Of a stretch of 23,512 bases of DNA, positions 17,706 to 23,512 are shown one piece after another (position 1 is the stretch's first letter; each line of letters opens with the position of its first letter). The translations under genes and the position numbers were made by a program. A model generated the notes under the pieces. That model was not told where the DNA came from. It searched no databases and worked only from the letters and a program-made list of their open reading frames with translations. This DNA comes from Fibrobacteria bacterium (GTDB lineage: Bacteria > Fibrobacterota > Fibrobacteria > UBA11236): positions 1-23,512 of the forward strand of contig JAYTHY010000108.1 of the NCBI GenBank assembly GCA_043732185.1, written 5' to 3'.

Positions 17706-19538
17706 TCAAGATTTAACTTTTAGGGCCGCCTTTACAGCGAACCGAACCTGTTTATCATCAATGCCCTGCCGACGTGCGAAAGAAAGTAGCAAAGCCTCTT
17801 CTCCGGTAGTAATCTGACCGTCGGATGCAGCTACCATTATGAGATTATTGAACCATTTGATTGCCGTGGGCTTATCAACAGTTTCCTCAAGGGAAGTGGG
17901 ATTCTCTTTGGCTTTCTTGAGAACCATATCCACGATAATCGGTCCCAGACCAAAATGGCGTGCAAATTCGCGGATAGTGGTTTCTTCTTCCGCGGTAATC
18001 ACTTTGTCTTCCAGCGCTGCTGAGACGATGGCGGAAAGGATTCGCATTTGGGCTGTAGCCGCAGATCTTACACTGGACACCATAGCCATTAAGGATGTTG
18101 CAGCTTGTGGGGCCCGGGAGGTGGCCAACTGGGCCAATAGTTCCCGGCCGCCATATTCGGAGAGCACCCAATTTGCTGCGGGACTGGACAGAACATTATC
18201 ACAATATGCACACTTGGCTTGATCGGTAGACTCTATGGGGCCGGCGCAATTGGGACAAGTCATACAACTTAAATTTTCTTTTCCCATTTGCGCATCCATG
18301 GCTTTAGAAAAAACCATAACCCTTTCTTGGAAACTTCCCTCTTGGCTTGAGTTTTCCGATCCGGAATATTTAATCCGAATACAAGCCTTGACCAAACCTT
18401 GTGATTCCACAAAGCCTAAGAGATCTACTGCACCTACGGCTAAGCGATACAAAGGTTTCTGGCGGTCGGGGCCACCCAAGGTTTTCAGCAGCTCTGGGGT
18501 TACGAATATATTGAGTGAACTTAAACCGCCCTTGTGTAAAGCGCTTTGCAAACGAATGAAAACCACCGAGGCCCGGTCCTCTAATTCCTGTGGTGAAAGC
18601 CAAGACTTTGAGTCGGTGCCAGCCATGGATGGCAATTGATCGTAATAGTGTTGGAGATTCACTTGATCTCCAGAGGCCCATTCTTCTGCTTGCGTAATTT
18701 CAGCGAGCACCCAATCATACGCACCGGAATTCAGCACCGATCCACAGCTGCCACAGCGACTGCCTCCAGCATCGGAAAGTGGAGCAGCGCATTTGGGACA
18801 ATTTCCAAGGGTTTGCGGGCCTTCGCTAGGGAGTGAATCCGCCAAACGGGTAAAGGACCAGATTTCTTCGAAGACGTTAGCATCGCCGCCTTTGATCACG
18901 GACCCGTCGTCTATTTGAATATCAGTGTCTACGACTCGACCTCGAATCAGGAAATCAATTGAGGTATATCGGCCAAAAGCATGTTCGCCTAAAATTTTCG
19001 AAGAAAGCAATGTCGGGCTTTCCACGCGGTTACGCATTCCCTGCATGCGGTTCATTTCAAGTTGGATTTGGAATCGATTGAAAACACCGTCGGATAAAAC
19101 GGCGCGAACCGCTTCCATGCTTCCTTTATCCCAAGCCGTTTGAATACCTACAAAAGTCGCACTTAATTTTTGTTGGAGCAGTAAGGCAGCGGGTGACCCA
19201 GCGGGTGGGCTATGCCGAATTCCAGATTGTAAATCAAAATCTAGAGTACCTTGGAATCCTTTTAGGAGTTTTGAATTGAGGAATTTATTTTTGAGGTAAT
19301 AATAAATAAGGACTGCAATTATTAAGAGAATGATTCCCAGGAACGATCCGGAACTTCCTCCGCCCGATCCCCCGCCATATCCATACGAATGAAAAGACGA
19401 ACCGCCCCCGGAAGAGTGGAAAGATGATCCCCCGCCGCCACCGCTGGAATGATAGCTACCGCCCCCACCCGCTCGGGCCTGGAGCAAAATGCAGGCTGTA
19501 AAAATTGTGGTCCAAGTATTACGAAAAATTGCTTGCAT
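17706..19538 (-). CDS. Tim44-like membrane protein: Gly/Ser-rich N-terminus, TM helix, two Tim44-like+Zn-ribbon modules, TerB-like C-terminus
   Basis: 'ARAGGGGS', TM 'FLGIILLIIAVLIYYYL', 'IQTAWDKG', 'FEEIWSFTR', CPKC/CGSC then 'DWVLAEI'. Second copy with CPNC/CAYC 'NWVLSEY'. TerB-like 'VAASDGQITTGEEALL'. Start placed at ATG 19538; the ORF track start is 19574. Confidence 0.8.
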   Translation of the reverse strand: MQAIFRNTWTTIFTACILLQARAGGGGSYHSSGGGGGSSFHSSGGGSSFHSYGYGGGSGGGSSGSFLGIILLIIAVLIYYYLKNKFLNSKLLKGFQGTLDFDLQSGIRHSPPAGSPAALLLQQKLSATFVGIQTAWDKGSMEAVRAVLSDGVFNRFQIQLEMNRMQGMRNRVESPTLLSSKILGEHAFGRYTSIDFLIRGRVVDTDIQIDDGSVIKGGDANVFEEIWSFTRLADSLPSEGPQTLGNCPKCAAPLSDAGGSRCGSCGSVLNSGAYDWVLAEITQAEEWASGDQVNLQHYYDQLPSMAGTDSKSWLSPQELEDRASVVFIRLQSALHKGGLSSLNIFVTPELLKTLGGPDRQKPLYRLAVGAVDLLGFVESQGLVKACIRIKYSGSENSSQEGSFQERVMVFSKAMDAQMGKENLSCMTCPNCAGPIESTDQAKCAYCDNVLSSPAANWVLSEYGGRELLAQLATSRAPQAATSLMAMVSSVRSAATAQMRILSAIVSAALEDKVITAEEETTIREFARHFGLGPIIVDMVLKKAKENPTSLEETVDKPTAIKWFNNLIMVAASDGQITTGEEALLLSFARRQGIDDKQVRFAVKAALKVKS

Positions 19539-19861
19539 AGAAGGGTCCCATAAAAATGTTGTTCCAAGTTGCACGCGGTGGCATGAGGCTCAGATTTTGG
19601 ATTTCGGTAATCCATTTTTACTCTTTCAAATGGAGCATAGGTAAATCGAAGCCCCTTTCCAATTCTTAAGCTCACCAAGCCCACGGAAACTTTTTGGCAT
19701 CTTAGCAGTAATGAAAACCGCTAAGGATTAGCGGTAGAGCTCAAAGAATTCTTCAGATTTTCCAATCGGGTTGTCGAATTCCTAACTGATGTTCAACTCC
19801 AAGCGCTTGAATCCGAACGTATTGAGCAGGCAAAGGGAAAGGCAAGCGCGGAGGAGTCAGG

Positions 19862-20899
19862 GTGATTTGCTATTTTCTAATTGCAAATAGGATTCGCTTC
19901 TTAGCAATTTATATTTACACCGTGAACAGTATCTCGCCCAGAGCATCCTCCGTTTTTGTACCCAGCGGAATCGTGGTGGACGTCACTTTGCTTGACTTCC
20001 TCTCCCAGCGCTTTCCGCACATTGAGATGGAAATCTGGAAAAGTCGCATTGAGGAGGGAAAAGTTCAGTTCGGCGATGGAACCTCCGCGTTCGCCCAATC
20101 CAAGGTTGAGCCCGGAATGGAAATTCGGTATTTCAGGGAAGTTTTGGTAGAGCGTCGTATAGCGGATACCCATCAAATCCTCTACAAGGATGATCACATT
20201 CTCGTCGCCTGCAAGCCGCATTTCCTACCGGTAGTTCCAGGTGGAAAATTCGTGAGGGAATGCCTTCTCTACCATTTGATGGAGGAAACCGGACTGCGTG
20301 CGCTTTCTCCGGTTCACAGAATAGACCGGCACACGGCTGGACTGGTTTTGTTTTCCATACATGAAAACGAGCGGGGTCAATACCAAGTTCTCTTCAAAGA
20401 GCGACAAGTGGAAAAGATGTACTTGGGAAATGTCCGCTGGCTTCCAGGACAAGGACCGCCCAACGAAAATGAAAATTCCTGGCAGTTGGAGAGCCGAATC
20501 GAAAAACACGGACCCACCTTACGACGCGATTTGGTGGAGGGAACTCCCAATGCGTTTTGCCGGATGAGCCTCCTGAAACGAGCGGGGGCCTATGCCGAGC
20601 TTGCCTTATATCCGTCTACTGGGAAGCGGCATCAGCTGCGCCTGCAGGTCTCGCAAATCGGGGCTGCCATTCTTCATGATCCCTATTATCCAGACTTGCT
20701 TCCTGAAGCACCGGATGATCTGACCCTACCGCTCCAACTCCTCTCAAAAAGCCTCCGTTTCCAGGATCCGTTCACGCAACAGGAGCGGGCATTTATTTCG
20801 CCTCGGGTGCTGCTTCCGCTGCCTGAAGGAAATGGGGGAAAAAATAAGGTTCAGAAAGGGGAAGAGGGCCGGCAACCCGCTACTTTAAAGCTGGGATGA
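19862..20899 (+). CDS. RluA-family RNA pseudouridine synthase (start may be GTG 19922)
   Basis: 'ILYKDDHILVACKPHFLPV', catalytic 'HRIDRHTAGL', 'KMY', 'TGKRHQLR', 'D.YY', 'LQL.S..L.F.DP'. Confidence 0.93.
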   Translation: MICYFLIANRIRFLAIYIYTVNSISPRASSVFVPSGIVVDVTLLDFLSQRFPHIEMEIWKSRIEEGKVQFGDGTSAFAQSKVEPGMEIRYFREVLVERRIADTHQILYKDDHILVACKPHFLPVVPGGKFVRECLLYHLMEETGLRALSPVHRIDRHTAGLVLFSIHENERGQYQVLFKERQVEKMYLGNVRWLPGQGPPNENENSWQLESRIEKHGPTLRRDLVEGTPNAFCRMSLLKRAGAYAELALYPSTGKRHQLRLQVSQIGAAILHDPYYPDLLPEAPDDLTLPLQLLSKSLRFQDPFTQQERAFISPRVLLPLPEGNGGKNKVQKGEEGRQPATLKLG

Positions 20900-20952
20900 T
20901 GCCGGATTAATTTCGCTAATCAGAGTATCACATCAATTAGCAGTCTAAAATC

Positions 20953-21025
20953 TGCACCCGGCAGGATTCGAACCTGCGACCAACGGTTTAGAAAACCGCT
21001 GCTCTATCCACTGAGCTACGGGTGC
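20953..21025 (-). tRNA. tRNA-Arg, anticodon UCU (CCA not encoded)
   Basis: Reverse complement folds as a cloverleaf: GCACCCG TA GCTC AGTGGATA GAGC A GCGGT TTTCTAA ACCGT TGGTC GCAGG TTCGAAT CCTGC CGGGTGC A. Confidence 0.97.
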
Positions 21026-21120
21026 TCGAATTGAACCTTTTTCAAGGCGCCCCATAAGGTATCAAGCAGTAGTCCAGCTTGCAAGTAAAGGGCATCTAAG
21101 AGGCCGGGAATGCGGACCGA

Positions 21121-21846
21121 TTAGGCCCTTTTCTTTAATTCAGCTTCCATGGCTTTTGCTCTAGGGAGGAGAATCGCCACTTCCAATTCGGCATGCCCCT
21201 TAATTTTGGCATCAAAAGCTTTCAGAGTTTTCAGCAGTGGCTCTTCTTCCCACCCAGGATGGGACTCATCCGATATGCTTTCTGCCTTGGAAAGTATTGT
21301 CGAGATCATTTCCTCTACTTCCGCCTCTGAGGATAACAGCATGGAGGGAGGATACATGGATACGGAACCGGTATAGACCTCTGGGTAAATTTCCGGGAAC
21401 TTAACACTGGCTTCCGTCCTCAAAATTTTTATGAATAGAAAGTCTTCTTCCTCCTCCATATGATTGATGAATCCCAAGCGAAAATTGTGAAAGGTCCGGT
21501 CTAAATCCAAGAGCATGGGATTTTCAAGACCATACTTTATTCTGCATTCATCCAGTAAGCGGTGAACGTTTGGTAAGTCTTGCGTTTTGAATTGGGTGTG
21601 TTCGCATGTCAAAAACTCAACCAATTCATAGAGGGGCAATTGGGTCCAATTACGACCCTTTGGTGCCTCCGTCAACGCGGATAAATGTCGCTGGATCTCT
21701 TTTTCATCCTTTTTGAGTTCTGCACACACATCGGCGATCGTGGAATCCAAATGATTCCAAAAAGGATAACCAAAATTTTCTTCGAAAACTTTTACCAATC
21801 GCGGGTGAAGCCGTAGTTGAGCCCTAATGGATTCCGTATCTTTCAC
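21121..21846 (-). CDS. Divergent Ric-like/hemerythrin-domain protein
   Basis: Similar length and layout to Ric: 'W..LPLYELVEFL..EH', 'HMEEEEDFLF', 'HAELEVAILLPRA'. GTG start with GAGG 7 nt upstream, 26 nt after the regulator stop. Confidence 0.75.
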   Translation of the reverse strand: MKDTESIRAQLRLHPRLVKVFEENFGYPFWNHLDSTIADVCAELKKDEKEIQRHLSALTEAPKGRNWTQLPLYELVEFLTCEHTQFKTQDLPNVHRLLDECRIKYGLENPMLLDLDRTFHNFRLGFINHMEEEEDFLFIKILRTEASVKFPEIYPEVYTGSVSMYPPSMLLSSEAEVEEMISTILSKAESISDESHPGWEEEPLLKTLKAFDAKIKGHAELEVAILLPRAKAMEAELKKRA

Positions 21847-21872
21847 AATCGGGCCTCGGCTTTCTGCTTAAT

Positions 21873-23258
21873 CTATTTTTCCGCATCTATTTTATGGGTA
21901 GCGTCTTCAGTATGACCGGGATTCATCATATCCAATTTTCGATAAATGGTACGGAGACTTATCCCCAGGTCCTCCGCCGTCTTGGCCTTGTCGCCATGGT
22001 TTCGCTTCAGTCCGATTTGAATGGCGGAAAGTTCGATTTCTTCCAGAGTCATTCCCTTACCCACATAGATCTGACCGGCGCTTTCCGTTGTAGCACTCAG
22101 TTCATCGGGCAAATCCTCGGGAGTGATTTGGTGAGCCATGCATAGGATGACGGCTCTTTCAATGGCGTTTTCCAATTCCCGAACATTGCCCGGCCATACA
22201 TAGGTTTCCATCAATTTCAAAGCGTCGGCGCTTAAAGAGAGATTGGCCTTTTTGTTTTTTTTGCAATACAAGGCGATGAAATAGGAAATGAGCGAATGCA
22301 AATCTTCCGGCCGCTGCCGCAGCGGTGGGATCTGCAAGGGGATGACATTGAGACGGTAGAACAGATCTTCCCGGAACAGTCCCGCTTCCACCTGTTTCCT
22401 AAGATTTTTATTGGTAGCGGCGATGATACGTACATCCACTTTCTGCGTTTGTCCGCCGACGGGGCTGACTTCCCCTTCTTGGAGGATGCGCAAGAGCTTG
22501 GGCTGAACAACCAAAGGTATCTCGCCGATTTCGTCCAGAAAAATGGTTCCCCCATTCGCATCCTGAAACCGACCCTTCTTATCCTGGTAGGCTCCGGTAA
22601 AGGATCCCTTCTTATAGCCGAACAGTTCCGCCTCTAAAAGATTTTCTGGAATCGCAGCGCAATTGACGGTTACAAAGGGCTGCAATAGCCGATTGGACTT
22701 GGCGAAAATATAGTGGGCGAGCACTTCCTTGCCGGTTCCAGATTCTCCCATAAGCAGAATGGTCGCATCGCTGGCAGCGGCCTGTCCGGCACGTTCCAGC
22801 AGGCCCTTGAAGGCTCGACTCTTGCCCATGTCAAAACTAGGTGCCTGATTTTTCTTAAGCTTTTCCCGTAGGATAAAGTTTTCTTCTAATAAAGCGGCCT
22901 TTTCAAAGGCTCGATTGACAATGGCAATGATTTCCTGTTTATTAAAAGGCTTAGGTATAAAGTCGTAGGCCCCTTTTTTCATGGCGGCCACGGCATCATC
23001 AATGGTCCCATGCCCCGTGATCATGATGACTTGAATGCCCGAATTGAATTCTTTGATGCGAGCCAACAATTCCAAGCCATCCATTTTCGGCATTTTTAAA
23101 TCCGAAACGACCACCTGCGGAACCCGCTCTTTGATCAATTCCAAAGCCTTTTCGGGCTCCATACTGGAAAGCACTTCATAATCCTGGCCCATCAGCGCGC
23201 GGGTGAGGGATTCTACAATGCTTCGTTCGTCGTCGATGATGAAGAGTTTCTTTTTCAT
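21873..23258 (-). CDS. Sigma54-dependent response regulator (NtrC/AtoC/ZraR family; REC-AAA+-Fis HTH)
   Basis: REC 'IIDDE', 'SDLKMP', 'ITGHG', 'PKPF'; Walker A 'GESGTGKE'; 'GSFTGA'; Walker B 'FLDEIG'; 'FREDLFYRL'; 'WPGNVRELEN'; HTH 'TAEDLGISLRTIYRKL'. Confidence 0.96.
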   Translation of the reverse strand: MKKKLFIIDDERSIVESLTRALMGQDYEVLSSMEPEKALELIKERVPQVVVSDLKMPKMDGLELLARIKEFNSGIQVIMITGHGTIDDAVAAMKKGAYDFIPKPFNKQEIIAIVNRAFEKAALLEENFILREKLKKNQAPSFDMGKSRAFKGLLERAGQAAASDATILLMGESGTGKEVLAHYIFAKSNRLLQPFVTVNCAAIPENLLEAELFGYKKGSFTGAYQDKKGRFQDANGGTIFLDEIGEIPLVVQPKLLRILQEGEVSPVGGQTQKVDVRIIAATNKNLRKQVEAGLFREDLFYRLNVIPLQIPPLRQRPEDLHSLISYFIALYCKKNKKANLSLSADALKLMETYVWPGNVRELENAIERAVILCMAHQITPEDLPDELSATTESAGQIYVGKGMTLEEIELSAIQIGLKRNHGDKAKTAEDLGISLRTIYRKLDMMNPGHTEDATHKIDAEK

Positions 23259-23369
23259 TTGTTTTCCTTAAAGCAAATCCTGGGCCCAATTCCTTGGGCT
23301 TTAAAAATCGGCATCTTGTCCAATCTAGACCATAATTTTGAAATTTTTGCGCCCCAATCCAGCGCCTCT

Positions 23370-23386
23370 TTTGTCAAAAAGACAAA
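23370..23386. promoter_or_regulatory. Perfect palindrome TTTGTC-N5-GACAAA upstream of the sigma54 regulator
   Basis: TTTGTCAAAAAGACAAA about 110 bp upstream of ATG 23258; same core as 6795-6807. Confidence 0.5.
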
Positions 23387-23442
23387 TGCTGAACGATTAG
23401 CATACGGTTTAAATCCAATGCCTTTCGGAAACCCCCACTCAG

Positions 23443-23511
23443 TTACCCAATGGCGTCATTTTTCAAGAGCCCCATGTTGATAGTAGTCATTTCCTCGATG
23501 ATTTCCAGCAG
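23443..23511 (-). CDS. Possible 3' end of an upstream gene (partial)
   Basis: Open frame from the window edge reads LLEIIEEMTTINMGLLKNDAIG*, which looks like an amphipathic helix. Too short to assign. Confidence 0.35.
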   Translation of the reverse strand: MLEIIEEMTTINMGLLKNDAIG

Positions 23512-23512
23512 C

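Noticed and set aside
19360..19480. C-rich repeats resembling a repeat array
   Set aside because: Explained by Gly/Ser codons of the Tim44-like protein on the minus strand; no repeat-spacer periodicity, so not CRISPR.
20900..21120. tRNA as an integration site (attB/attR)
   Set aside because: No integrase and no duplicated tRNA 3' end seen in the window.
1..23512. Many short antisense or alternate-frame ORFs in the track
   Set aside because: They lie within well-supported genes and show no independent motifs; treated as shadow ORFs.

Overview
Chromosomal-type bacterial window, probably FCB superphylum and possibly Fibrobacterota; this is inferred from a T9SS-like C-terminal sorting domain and general gene content. 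In order: the 3' part of a type I R-M methyltransferase (hsdM); a convergent Schlafen/AlbA_2 gene, which may mark the edge of a defence island and is flanked by two imperfect inverted repeats; an unknown membrane protein; a class II B12-dependent ribonucleotide reductase (nrdJ); a small ORF-eboA-eboB-ric operon; a secreted Asp-box beta-propeller protein; a methyltransferase-YdjC deacetylase-MBOAT-SGNH envelope-modification operon; a Tim44/Zn-ribbon/TerB plus SPFH-GYF_2 pair; an RluA-family pseudouridine synthase; tRNA-Arg(UCU); and a sigma54 REC-AAA-HTH activator followed closely by a degenerate Ric/hemerythrin paralogue. The strongest lead is a possible sigma54 redox or nitrosative-stress circuit. 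The same TGTC-N5-GACA palindrome (NorR-like GT-N7-AC) lies upstream of both the truncated ebo-ric operon and the activator/pseudo-Ric operon. All family calls come from motif recognition by eye; no database searches were run.
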